The notes below the pieces were generated by a model. It was not told where the DNA came from and ran no database searches. It saw only the letters and a list, made by a program, of their open reading frames with translations. Below are positions 27,154 to 36,535 of a DNA stretch of 64,000 bases, piece by piece. The stretch comes from Candidatus Fermentibacteraceae bacterium (GTDB lineage: Bacteria; Fermentibacterota; Fermentibacteria; Fermentibacterales; JCC-6): positions 288,001 through 352,000 of the forward strand of contig JBGSZS010000004.1 of the NCBI GenBank assembly GCA_041750285.1. The letters are read 5' to 3'. The stretch's first letter is position 1; the number at the start of each line of letters is the position of its first letter. The position numbers were made by a program, and so were the translations under genes.

Positions 27154-27633
27154 TCAGTTCACATCGCCCAGATAGACAGTTCCCTTGGGCAGAGGCTTTG
27201 CGAGCAATGTTCTCAGTGGTGAAGGGTAGAGCCTGTACTGCGCGAGGGTGGCCAGGGGAAGCCAGGCCACGCCGTCCTGATACGAGTCGGGGTTCTCCCC
27301 CATGCCCGGGGTCGCGCCCCGGGGAAGCTTGCACTTGAACATCAGTTCGATCTGGTGGGCTTCGCCGTCGGTCTTTGCGAACTCGTGGTGCGCTGCGATG
27401 TAATCCCTTACGAAGAGGAGCCGGCCCATCACCACACCGGTTCCGACCTCTTCCAGGCACTCCCTTTGCAGGGCCTGTTCAATTGTCTCGCCGTGGGACT
27501 GACCGCCCCCGGGAAGCATGTACCAGTCACCCAGGTCATCATGGTTCCTCACGAGAAGGACCTGCCCCCTTCTCATGATGACGGCCTTTACGGAAACCCT
27601 GACTGGCCTGGGACCCTGGCTGAAAGGCTTCAC
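27154..27633 (-). CDS. NUDIX hydrolase
   Basis: Nudix box PGGG..GE...ALQRECLEEVG. Confidence 0.92.
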   Translation of the reverse strand: MKPFSQGPRPVRVSVKAVIMRRGQVLLVRNHDDLGDWYMLPGGGQSHGETIEQALQRECLEEVGTGVVMGRLLFVRDYIAAHHEFAKTDGEAHQIELMFKCKLPRGATPGMGENPDSYQDGVAWLPLATLAQYRLYPSPLRTLLAKPLPKGTVYLGDVN

Positions 27634-29756
27634 TTCTCCCGTTCCCCGGTGTCTTCGAAGAGGTCTGGCATTTCGTACTTCTCCACGATGCTTCTCAGCC
27701 TTCTGTTAAGCTCGGTTGCCTTCTCCTCGATCTCCTCGAGGCTCATGGGGGGTTTTGCCGGTTCAGGTTCGGTTTCGGGTTCGGATTCGGCTCTGGGTTC
27801 AGGTTCAGGTTCGGCTTCAGGTTCGGCTTCGGGTGCGGGTTCGGGCTTCTCTTCCGACACCGTCTCGAGCAGCTTGATGCTCGCGATGGTCCGGCTGCCG
27901 CAGAGCCTTACGCCCCTTGCCTTCACCCCCTTTTCGGGGATGTCCGCCGAGGCCGTCTGACCCTTCCGGGTCTTCATGCGCTTCTTCCTCTCGAACCAGT
28001 ACTCGAGCGTGAAGTCGGTGAGGGGGGTGAAGACCAGCACTTCGGATCCCTCGGGGACGAAGCGGTACTCCCGGTCCAGTATGAAACCGCCGATGCCGAA
28101 GCGCTTGACGTAGGGTATCCTGTCGGTGCCGTCGCGGTAGACGCAGGTGAAGGGCATGTCCTTGTCGGCGGGGCCGCACCAGAGGACCCTGCCGTCGACC
28201 AGGAACTTCTCCTGAACGGGCATCACCCTGTATGTGCCGTCATCGAGGAAGTAGAGGATGCGGTCGTACTCGGAGGCGTGCCACGATACGCCCCCCTTCA
28301 CAGCGGTACCAACGAACCCCGTCTCTTTGTCGTAGCCCACCCTGAGGTTGGCAATGGCTATCTCGCGGCGCTGAATGCCGCTGAAACCCTCGATCGCGGT
28401 CTTCCTGGGGAAGAGCTTGCCGTACTTCTTCAGAATCTCTCCCAGAACCTCGGTCGCGTATTCCCTGATATTACCGAGCCTCTTCTTCGCAAGGCGCATG
28501 CGGCCTTTGATGTCGTCCATCTCTTTTCGGTGCGCCTCGATGTCGAAACGGCTTATCCTGCGGATCTTGAGCGCCAGGAGCCGCTCGATGTCATCGGCGG
28601 TGACCTCCCTGGGGTAATCGGTGAGGAACGGAAGGAGGCCCTGACCCACGGCGTCCCTGACCTCTTCGAGAGTGGGACACTCCTCTATCATCTTGTAAAG
28701 CCTGTTCTCGATGAATATCTGCTCGAGGGTCATCCAGTGAAGCGTGTCGCCGAGGTTGCTTATCTCGAGCTGAAGCTCGAGCCGGAGCACGTGGAGGAGG
28801 CGGTCCGCGCAGTAGCGCACGAGGCCCGAGACGCTCGTCTCGAGTGGAACGCCCTCCTGTATCACAAGCATGTTGGAGGTGTGGGTGACCTCGCACTCGG
28901 TGTGGGCGTAGAGCTGTCTGAGGGTCTCCTCGGCGCTGACGCCGCGGGCGGGGGTGACCTCGATCTCGACGTTCTCGGTGGTGTAGTCGTCTATGCTCGT
29001 GATCTTGAGGCGGCCCTTGCGGGTGGCGTTCTCTATCGAGGCCATGAGGGTCTCGGTGGTGGTCCCGTAGGGGATCTCGCTTATGACGAGCTTCTTCCCG
29101 CCGCGGGGCTCAATCCTGGCCCTGTTGCGTATCCTGCCGTTGCCGTCTTCGTACGCCGAGACATCGATGGCGCCGCCCTGGGGGAAATCCGGCAGAAGGT
29201 GGAAGGGCTCGCCCCTTATGCAGGCGATCTGGGCCTGTATCACCTCGTTGAAGTTGTGGGGAAGGATTCGGGTGGACATTCCCACTGCAATTCCGTCCGC
29301 CCCCAGCAGAAGAAGTACGGGTATCTTGGCGGGGAAGAGAACGGGCTCACGGTTCCTGCCGTCGTAGCTTGGGACGAACTCGGTTATGGCCGGGTTGAAC
29401 AGCGTGTCGCGGGCGAGCTGCGTGAGCCTGCACTCGATGTAACGTGATGCCGAGGCTTCGTCGCCCGTAAGGATGTTGCCGAAGTTGCCCTGTCCCTCGA
29501 TGAAGTATCCCCGGTTGGCAAGGGCCACGAGGGCCGCCCCGATGGACTGGTCGCCGTGGGGGTGGTAGCGCATGCAGTGGCCTATCACGTTGGCCACCTT
29601 GTTGAAGCGGCCGTCGTCCATCTCAAGCATTGCCCAGAGTATCCTGCGCTGCACTGGCTTCAGGCCGTCGGCAGCGTCGGGGATGGCCCGCTCCTTTATC
29701 ACGTAGGTGGCGTACTCCATGAAGTTCTCGCGGTAAAGCCCGCGCAGACCGGTCAT
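27630..29756 (-). CDS. parC: DNA topoisomerase IV subunit A (type IIA)
   Basis: RAIPDAADGLKPVQRR, YHPHGD, catalytic SRYIE; short N-terminus; Pro/Glu-rich tail. Confidence 0.9.
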   Translation of the reverse strand: MTGLRGLYRENFMEYATYVIKERAIPDAADGLKPVQRRILWAMLEMDDGRFNKVANVIGHCMRYHPHGDQSIGAALVALANRGYFIEGQGNFGNILTGDEASASRYIECRLTQLARDTLFNPAITEFVPSYDGRNREPVLFPAKIPVLLLLGADGIAVGMSTRILPHNFNEVIQAQIACIRGEPFHLLPDFPQGGAIDVSAYEDGNGRIRNRARIEPRGGKKLVISEIPYGTTTETLMASIENATRKGRLKITSIDDYTTENVEIEVTPARGVSAEETLRQLYAHTECEVTHTSNMLVIQEGVPLETSVSGLVRYCADRLLHVLRLELQLEISNLGDTLHWMTLEQIFIENRLYKMIEECPTLEEVRDAVGQGLLPFLTDYPREVTADDIERLLALKIRRISRFDIEAHRKEMDDIKGRMRLAKKRLGNIREYATEVLGEILKKYGKLFPRKTAIEGFSGIQRREIAIANLRVGYDKETGFVGTAVKGGVSWHASEYDRILYFLDDGTYRVMPVQEKFLVDGRVLWCGPADKDMPFTCVYRDGTDRIPYVKRFGIGGFILDREYRFVPEGSEVLVFTPLTDFTLEYWFERKKRMKTRKGQTASADIPEKGVKARGVRLCGSRTIASIKLLETVSEEKPEPAPEAEPEAEPEPEPRAESEPETEPEPAKPPMSLEEIEEKATELNRRLRSIVEKYEMPDLFEDTGEREK
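27760..27846 (-). repeat. Degenerate 6-bp tandem repeat encoding the (PE)n linker of ParC
   Basis: ggttca/ggttcg/ggcttc units; KPEPAPEAEPEAEPEPEP. Confidence 0.75.
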
Positions 29757-31561
29757 TTCAGGTTCTCCATTATGAAGGTGCGCCGCTCGGGCGTGTTGCT
29801 GCCCATGTAGAAGTCAAGGATCTCGGGTACCTCGCGAAGCCTGTCAATCCTCACCTGGGTGAGCCTTATGTCGGGCCCGATGAACTGGCCGAACTCCTTC
29901 GGGCTTATCTCGCCAAGGCCCTTGAACCTCGTGATCTCGGGCTTCCTGCCGAGCCGCAGCGCCTCGCGGTCGAGCTCGGACTGGCTGTAGCAGTAAACGG
30001 TCTCCTTTTTGTTCCTGACCCTGAAAAGGGGAGTCTCGAGGATGTAGAGGTGCCCGTTGAGCGCAAGGTCCTCGAAGAAGTGCAGGAATAGCGTCATCAG
30101 CAGGTTCCGTATGTGCATGCCGTCAACATCGGCATCGGTGGCCAGAACGACCCGGTTGAACCGCAGCCCCTCCACCCCGCCCTCGATGTTGAGGGCCCGC
30201 ATGATGTTGTAGATCTCCTTGTTGCTGTAGACGGCCTCGCGCTTGAGCCCGAACACGTTCTGGGGCTTGCCCCGCAGGGCGAAGATGGCCTGGGTGTGAA
30301 CGTCCCGGCTGGACACCAGGCTTCCCGCCGCGCTCAGCCCCTCGGTGAGGAAGATCGTCGATTCCTCATCCCGTTCATGGCCGTCCCCCAGATGTATCTT
30401 GCAGTCCTTCAGGTTGGGGATACGGATGGCGGTCTGCTTCTCCCGTTCGCGGGCCTTCTTCTTCACCGTGAGCAGCTCGGTGCGGAGCTTCTGGTTGGCC
30501 TGGATCTTTGCCACGATGCGGTCGGCGAGCTTCTGGTCGCGGTGGAGAACCTGCTCGATCTCGGACTGCACCCTTGCAACGATGTCGCGCCTGATGTCGG
30601 TGTTGCCGAGCTTGTTCTTGGTCTGGCTTTCGAAGACGGGGTCTTTGAGGCGCACCGATACCGCGGCCACAAGGCCGTCGCGAACGTCCTCGGCCACGAA
30701 ACCCTTGCCGCTGTATGCGTTCATGCCCTTCAGAACGCCCTCTTTGAACGCCGAGAGGTGGCTGCCGCCGGCGCTGGTGTACTGGCCGTTGGCGAAGGAG
30801 AAGTATTTCTCGCCGTAAGAGTTGGTGTGGGTGAACGCGAACTCCAGCGTGGTGTTGCGGTAGTACACGGCGTCGTAGATGGCCTCGTCACCCGTTTCGT
30901 CGTTCAGAAGGTCCCGCAGGCCGTCATCCGAACGGAACACCATGTCGTTGAACATCATCTTGAGCCCCGAGTTCAGGAACGCGTAGTGCTGCATGCGCCT
31001 CTCGATGAACTCGCTCCGGAACTGGTACTCGCCGAAGATCTCGCGGTCGGGCGTGAACTCGACAAGCGTGCCGTTCTTCTCCGTGGTTTCCCCGGTATCG
31101 TCGGACACGAGACGTCCCTGTGAGAACACGGCCTGCCTGAACCTGCCGTCGCGGTACGAGCAGACCCTGAAGCTCTCGGAGAGGGCATTCACCGCCTTGG
31201 TGCCCACACCGTTCAGCCCCACGCTGAACACGAAGACCTCGGTGTTGTACTTGGCGCCAGTGTTTATCTCGCTGACGCATTCCACAAGCTTGCCCAGCGG
31301 AATCCCCCGGCCCCAGTCCCTGACCGTTATCGTTGAGTCCTGAAGCTTCACCCTTATCCGGCTTCCGCACCCCATGATGAACTCGTCGACGGAGTTGTCC
31401 ACCACTTCCTTCAGAAGGATGTAGATGCCGTCGTCGATGTTCGAGCCGTCGCCGAGACGGCCGATGTACATCCCGGTTCTCAGACGGATGTGCTCGATGG
31501 ATGAAAGGGTCTTCACCTTGCTTTCATCGTAGATGCCGGGACTTTCAACTGGACCTGTCAA
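29753..31561 (-). CDS. parE: DNA topoisomerase IV subunit B
   Basis: EHIRLRTGMYIG, EVVDNSVDE, GLNGVG, TEGLSA, LRGK, TDADVDG, RFKGLGE; TTG start after GGAGG. Confidence 0.9.
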   Translation of the reverse strand: MTGPVESPGIYDESKVKTLSSIEHIRLRTGMYIGRLGDGSNIDDGIYILLKEVVDNSVDEFIMGCGSRIRVKLQDSTITVRDWGRGIPLGKLVECVSEINTGAKYNTEVFVFSVGLNGVGTKAVNALSESFRVCSYRDGRFRQAVFSQGRLVSDDTGETTEKNGTLVEFTPDREIFGEYQFRSEFIERRMQHYAFLNSGLKMMFNDMVFRSDDGLRDLLNDETGDEAIYDAVYYRNTTLEFAFTHTNSYGEKYFSFANGQYTSAGGSHLSAFKEGVLKGMNAYSGKGFVAEDVRDGLVAAVSVRLKDPVFESQTKNKLGNTDIRRDIVARVQSEIEQVLHRDQKLADRIVAKIQANQKLRTELLTVKKKAREREKQTAIRIPNLKDCKIHLGDGHERDEESTIFLTEGLSAAGSLVSSRDVHTQAIFALRGKPQNVFGLKREAVYSNKEIYNIMRALNIEGGVEGLRFNRVVLATDADVDGMHIRNLLMTLFLHFFEDLALNGHLYILETPLFRVRNKKETVYCYSQSELDREALRLGRKPEITRFKGLGEISPKEFGQFIGPDIRLTQVRIDRLREVPEILDFYMGSNTPERRTFIMENLK

Positions 31562-31568
31562 GACCCCT

Positions 31569-31686
31569 CCACAAGATATGGATGCAACACGGGGAAATGG
31601 CACAACATGTCGATACCCATTCCCCGAATCGCTTCAACACACCAAGTATACACCATGCAAACCCTCCAGACCACCATATGTGGTGT
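31569..31686. promoter_or_regulatory. Three NrdR-box-like sites
   Basis: CCACAAGATATGGATG (31569), GCACAACATGTCGATA (31600), CCACCATATGTGGTGT (31671) compared with acaCwAtATaTwGtgt; first two are 31 bp apart. Confidence 0.65.
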
Positions 31687-31769
31687 GAAGCAGCGGCTTT
31701 TCCGCGGGGCGAAAATGCCTTATGCTTGATGAGCTCAACGCTCAAAAACCAACCCGAGGGGGATGACCG

Positions 31770-32159
31770 ATGAAATCACCAGGCGGCGGAGGCAAGAACC
31801 CGGGCATTCAGAAGCAGCCCATGAAACCCCAGCAGAAACCTTCCCGGCCCACGCAGGAGAAACCTGCCTACACCCCTTCTCCCAAGCAGCAGTACCGCGA
31901 AGCCCAGAAACCCGCGCGCAAGCCCGAGATGAAACCGGACAGAAAACCCGAGCGCAGCCCTGAGGACAGGAAGCGCATCGCCATGCTCGACCGGCTGAAG
32001 AACCGCCAGGGGACCGCCCCGGTGAGCCAGACCGGCGCCACCGGCGAGACAACGGCCCCGGCCGCATCGGGCGGAAGGCGTTCATGCTGCCTGGGATGCA
32101 CGGTTTACGCCTTGGCCCTGCCCCTTATCGCTGCCGCGATTCTGATACTGCTGCCCTGA
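31770..32159 (+). CDS. Pro/Lys/Gln-rich hypothetical protein with C-terminal Cys cluster and TM anchor
   Basis: GAGGGG SD; low-complexity body; SCCLGC followed by a hydrophobic tail. Confidence 0.6.
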   Translation: MKSPGGGGKNPGIQKQPMKPQQKPSRPTQEKPAYTPSPKQQYREAQKPARKPEMKPDRKPERSPEDRKRIAMLDRLKNRQGTAPVSQTGATGETTAPAASGGRRSCCLGCTVYALALPLIAAAILILLP

Positions 32160-33597
32160 CGGTCCAGCCCAGTCGATAGGCGTTCCTAAGGGCCGGGATG
32201 GCCAGGATAAGCCCGGCGCCCGTCAGCATCGGCCAGGTCAGTTCCGTGAACCTCATGAGTAACAGGATGCCGGGCACAGGCAGGGCTCCCAGAGCGAAGG
32301 GCACAAGCAGCCGTACCAGTGTCCCCCTGCCCAGAAGGGCCGCGCAGACCACCGCCACCACGGCGCTGGAAGAGACTGCTGCGATGCCTGCCGCGGGCAG
32401 GCCGAGATCCCCCATCAACCACAGGTTCACCCCCAGGCTTGCTGCGAGTCCTAAAGCAACTGCGGGAAGAGTGGCCTTCTGCCTGCCTGAGGCGATCACG
32501 GCGGGAAGCAGGAAGTTCATGAAGAAGAAGACCGGGATGCCCGAGAAAAGAAGCAGTCTCGTATCGTCGAATTCTGCCGGTGTGAGCCCCCTGAGGAATG
32601 CACTGCCCCAGAGAAGCCTCATGAAGAGCTGCCCCGGGGGAAGGATGAATGCCACGACGACTGCGGAGAGGGCCGAGATGAGAACAGCGATCCTTCTGAT
32701 CTCATTTCCGGCAGACCCGTCCCTGAAGGCCCTGCAGAGGCCCGGAAAAAGGGCTCCGGGGAGCAGGGTGGGCGTTATTATGAGGACCAGCACCTCGAGG
32801 ACCTTGTATATCTCGTTGTAGGCTCCCACGCTCACGACCCCGAGGGTTCGTTCGACAACAAGGTTGTCCACCCTCTGGTGCATGATGGCAACGATACCCA
32901 TCAGACCCAGTGGCCATGTGTCCCTCAGCAGACCCAGCATCCGGGGGGGGGAGAAGCTTGGACGGATGTCGAAGCCCATTTTCCCGGCGGCCCTGAAACC
33001 TGCCCAGGCCATTGCTGCCCCTCTTGTCAGGAAAACCGTTGCTATAACGTAGGGGTGAGCGTCGAGGCCGGTGGATACCACCACCAGCAGAAGGAAGACG
33101 GCCGATGAAGAGATCCGGGCGGCGGCTTCCCGGCGGGTCTGACCCATGGCCCTGAATGAGGCGAAGGGCAGTTCAGCCATGATCTCAAGGGTCATCCCCA
33201 GAAGGATGGGGATCAGGATCAGCGTCTGGGGAAGGGGATAGCTCAGAAGCGAGAAAGCGGTGAGCGTGACCAGTGAAACAAGGGCCATCACGGTTCTGAA
33301 TCCCAGGGCGCTTCTCCAGATGTCCCGGGATTCATCGGGAGTACCCAGGCTCATCCTTCTGTTTACCAGGATCGCCGCACCGAAATCGGTTATGAAGCAG
33401 GAGAACACGGAGAGGATCACTGCGAGCAGCAGCCGCCCGAACCAGACGTCTCCCATGTCCCTGGAAATGAGCATCATGGCGACGAAGACCGCACCCTTGC
33501 CCACGATCTGTCCAAGAAGCATGTGAACGCTGTTCGCCCGTTCGCCTCTCATGCCTTCCCGAAGCGTCATGGGCGGGAAGGGATCAAGCCCGGACAC
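32125..33597 (-). CDS. Oligosaccharide flippase (Wzx/MATE-like)
   Basis: About 14 TM segments, DFG, RVD..V, VGAYN patterns. Confidence 0.8.
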   Translation of the reverse strand: MSGLDPFPPMTLREGMRGERANSVHMLLGQIVGKGAVFVAMMLISRDMGDVWFGRLLLAVILSVFSCFITDFGAAILVNRRMSLGTPDESRDIWRSALGFRTVMALVSLVTLTAFSLLSYPLPQTLILIPILLGMTLEIMAELPFASFRAMGQTRREAAARISSSAVFLLLVVVSTGLDAHPYVIATVFLTRGAAMAWAGFRAAGKMGFDIRPSFSPPRMLGLLRDTWPLGLMGIVAIMHQRVDNLVVERTLGVVSVGAYNEIYKVLEVLVLIITPTLLPGALFPGLCRAFRDGSAGNEIRRIAVLISALSAVVVAFILPPGQLFMRLLWGSAFLRGLTPAEFDDTRLLLFSGIPVFFFMNFLLPAVIASGRQKATLPAVALGLAASLGVNLWLMGDLGLPAAGIAAVSSSAVVAVVCAALLGRGTLVRLLVPFALGALPVPGILLLMRFTELTWPMLTGAGLILAIPALRNAYRLGWTVRAAVSESRQR

Positions 33598-35327
33598 TAC
33601 GGCCTGTAAACGTTGCTGGGAGCGTAGCCCACGGCTTTGAGCGCCTCGTTGCGCTTGACCTTCTTGGTGGTGGTCTTGGGAAGGTCTTCCTCGCTCACGA
33701 TGAAGCCGGCAATCCTCTTGAACAGCGGCGCGTCGTCGTTGAACTTCCGTACGGCGTTCCTCACCGCGTTCACCTCGTCTGCAGGGGTTATCTTGCGGCC
33801 CTCCTTCTCCGCTTCCTCGATGAGAAGGTCGCGGTTGGGGACGACCACTGCCCAGATCTCCTCCCCCTTTGCCTCATCGCTCTTCCCGAAGACCATGCTC
33901 TCGTTCACGTGGGAATCCCGGTTGAGGATGGTCTCTATCTCCTCGGGGTACACGTTCTTGCCGTTCTTGGCGATGATCACGTTCTTCTTCCGGCCAGTGA
34001 TGTAGAGGTAACCGTCATCGTCCATTCTGCCGTAGTCGCCGGTGTGGAACCAGCGGTCGGCCGTGAGGACCTCGGCTGTGGCTTCGGGGTTGTTGTGGTA
34101 GCCCAGCATGACGTTGGGGCCCCTTACGATGATCTCGCCGATGCCGCTTTCGTCGGGGTCGTCGATGCGCACCGTACACTCCGGCAGAACCAGCCCCACC
34201 GATCCCGGCCTGCACGCGTTGTCGCGGTTGACCGTCACTATCGGGGAGGTCTCGGTGAGGCCGTAGCCTTCCAGTATCTTGAAACCGAGTTTCTGGAAGC
34301 CGCGGATGACCTCGGGGTCGATGCCGGCGCCGCCCGAGACGAACAACCTGAGACCGCCGCCGAACTTCTCGTGAACCTGGTGGAACAGCTTCTTCCTGAG
34401 GTTCTTCGCCCCGAAGAACTCGCCGATGCCGGAGAGGGTCGTGCCGACCCTGTACTTCACGGTACCGCCCGGGGCGTTCCTGATGTTGGTCATTATCCTG
34501 CCGTACATCTTCTCCCACAGGAGGGGAACGCCGATGACCACGGTGGCCCTGGTGGCGGCAAGGTCCTCCACAACGTAGCGAAGGCCATGGGCGATGGCGA
34601 TGGTGCAGCCGGAGACCAGGGGCAGCAGAAATCCGCAGGTGCATTCGTAGCTGTGGTGAACTGGAAGCACGGAGAGGAAGATGTCGTCCTTCAGGATCGC
34701 AATCAGCGCCATGACCTGCCTGAGGTCGGAGATCAGGTTCTCCTGCGAGAGGACGACGCCCTTGGCCATCCCGGTTGTTCCCGAGGTGTAGCAGATTGCC
34801 GCGGGGGCGTTGACGTTGAAAGAGTCCGGCAGGGCGGTCCCGCCCGACCTTCCGGCCCTGATGAGGTCGCTCATGTGCCGGGGGGCGTTCATCCCGCCCA
34901 TGTTCATGGCATAGTTGGTCACTCCCCTGATGCCGGAAAACACATCCATGAACCGGGGATCGTGAACGGCCATGTTGGCGCCCGAGTAGTGGACTATGGT
35001 GCGCATGTCCGCCGGGGGAAGTTCGCGGTCGATGGGGACTATGATGCCTCCCGCCCTTATCACGGCAAGGTAGGTTGTGCACCACTGGATGCTGTTGTCG
35101 CCCGCCACTGCCACAACGGGCCTTGGGTTGTGCTCGAGGATCCCCCGGGCCATCCACTCCACGTTGTTCCTGAGCTGGCTGTAGGTGACCGACCTGAAAT
35201 GCCCCGGTTCGGCGGGTTCGAGTATCGCAGTTTTGTCGGGGTGGCGCCTGCAGACCTGTTCGACGGCCCAGGGCAGGTTCTCGATCGGGGGGACCTGGAG
35301 CAGTGGACCGCCCGGGTAATTTCTCAT
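33597..35327 (-). CDS. Long-chain fatty acid--CoA ligase
   Basis: YTSGTTGMAKGV, EGYGLTETSP, FHTGD, GRKKN. Confidence 0.92.
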   Translation of the reverse strand: MRNYPGGPLLQVPPIENLPWAVEQVCRRHPDKTAILEPAEPGHFRSVTYSQLRNNVEWMARGILEHNPRPVVAVAGDNSIQWCTTYLAVIRAGGIIVPIDRELPPADMRTIVHYSGANMAVHDPRFMDVFSGIRGVTNYAMNMGGMNAPRHMSDLIRAGRSGGTALPDSFNVNAPAAICYTSGTTGMAKGVVLSQENLISDLRQVMALIAILKDDIFLSVLPVHHSYECTCGFLLPLVSGCTIAIAHGLRYVVEDLAATRATVVIGVPLLWEKMYGRIMTNIRNAPGGTVKYRVGTTLSGIGEFFGAKNLRKKLFHQVHEKFGGGLRLFVSGGAGIDPEVIRGFQKLGFKILEGYGLTETSPIVTVNRDNACRPGSVGLVLPECTVRIDDPDESGIGEIIVRGPNVMLGYHNNPEATAEVLTADRWFHTGDYGRMDDDGYLYITGRKKNVIIAKNGKNVYPEEIETILNRDSHVNESMVFGKSDEAKGEEIWAVVVPNRDLLIEEAEKEGRKITPADEVNAVRNAVRKFNDDAPLFKRIAGFIVSEEDLPKTTTKKVKRNEALKAVGYAPSNVYRP

Positions 35328-35335
35328 GATCCTCC

Positions 35336-36535
35336 TCAATCGCCAGTGAAAACGCTTTCGTCAGCGAACACCCGAAAACCCACGAAGGGGTAGCCCAACT
35401 CCGGGGAGAACTGCGCAAGAGCACGGGGAGAGCAGTCTTCAATGGAACTCAGCCAGCTTCCGCCGGCGGCGAGCCCGCGCGATGCCGTCCATTCCCAGAG
35501 GTTCCCGGCGGTATCATAAAGCCCCCAAAGGTTTGCGGGGTAGGAACCCACGGGGGCAGATGCGGCAAAACCGTCATCCACATCGGGGTGTCTGGTGAGA
35601 ATGCCCTCGGAGGAATCCGAGCAGTTGTAGGTCCCGACCGCAGGAGTGCGGCATCCGCCCGCCCCGGCGGCGAGCTGCCACTCCTCCGGGTCGGGCAGCC
35701 TGTAGGTCATGCCGTTCCCGCTCGCGCCCGTAAGCCAGCGGCAGTACATCTCCGCGCCGGCCTGGTTCACACCGTGCATGGGAAGGTCCTCCATGCCGGA
35801 CACTGTTTCGTAACGGCTCGAATCGAAGTTTGCAACCACGGGAAGGGGCCAGTTGCACCTGAGTATGCTGTCGGTGAGAACGGTCCGCCCTGCGAGCTGC
35901 CAGCCGGTCCGGCGAAGACCGGGATCCACGCTGTTCATGAAAACCGCGAATTCGGCTGCGGTGACCTCGTTCACAGCAACCAGAAAATCGGGGGAACCCT
36001 GACGGAGCAGCGAACCCGGAACCCTGACCATGGGGGGGTTGCCGGGTACGAGCTCGGGTATCTCACGAGTGATCGTGACGAGTTCCGGAACAAGAAGTGT
36101 CTGCGAAACCCTGTCCATAATGCCGTCCCCGCCCGCAAGGCTGAACTCGTAACTGCCAGGGCCCGGCAGAGGTATCGTGCAGGGCGACATCGCCGTGAAC
36201 CCCTCCCACGACACGGTGAGCCCCTCGGGCTCGGTGAAGACCGCTATTCCGCAGAGCCTTTCAAGGTAGACCACGATGGTGTCAGCCCCGGGCCTGACTA
36301 TCGTCTCCACGGTCCTGAAACCCTCCCGGGAAACGGTTATCCTGGTTCCGTCCCTGTGAACGGGGATCGAGAAGGGCGAGTGCATGGGAGGGGCGCCACC
36401 CACCGAGACCAGCGATCCGTCGGGGACGGTTACGACAACCGTCCTTCGGGTCGGGAAGAGGTCGAGCGCAAAGAGCCCGGCCGCGAAGAACGCACAGAGG
36501 ATGCTGAGCAGCAGCAACAGGTGTGATGGCCTCAA
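35336..36535 (-). CDS. PEGA + FGE-sulfatase (SUMF1) domain membrane/secreted protein
   Basis: N-terminal TM; EVT, YRLP..EW, PVGSYPANLWGLYDTAGNLWEW, GGSW, GFR. Confidence 0.85.
   Translation of the reverse strand: MRPSHLLLLLSILCAFFAAGLFALDLFPTRRTVVVTVPDGSLVSVGGAPPMHSPFSIPVHRDGTRITVSREGFRTVETIVRPGADTIVVYLERLCGIAVFTEPEGLTVSWEGFTAMSPCTIPLPGPGSYEFSLAGGDGIMDRVSQTLLVPELVTITREIPELVPGNPPMVRVPGSLLRQGSPDFLVAVNEVTAAEFAVFMNSVDPGLRRTGWQLAGRTVLTDSILRCNWPLPVVANFDSSRYETVSGMEDLPMHGVNQAGAEMYCRWLTGASGNGMTYRLPDPEEWQLAAGAGGCRTPAVGTYNCSDSSEGILTRHPDVDDGFAASAPVGSYPANLWGLYDTAGNLWEWTASRGLAAGGSWLSSIEDCSPRALAQFSPELGYPFVGFRVFADESVFTGD

Noticed and set aside
27760..27846. Tandem repeat as a CRISPR array
   Set aside because: Six-bp coding repeat with no spacers and no cas genes
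33909..35393. 494-aa plus-strand ORF and similar long antisense ORFs (18152-19432, 36650-37939, 42162-43406)
   Set aside because: Shadows of well-supported minus-strand genes
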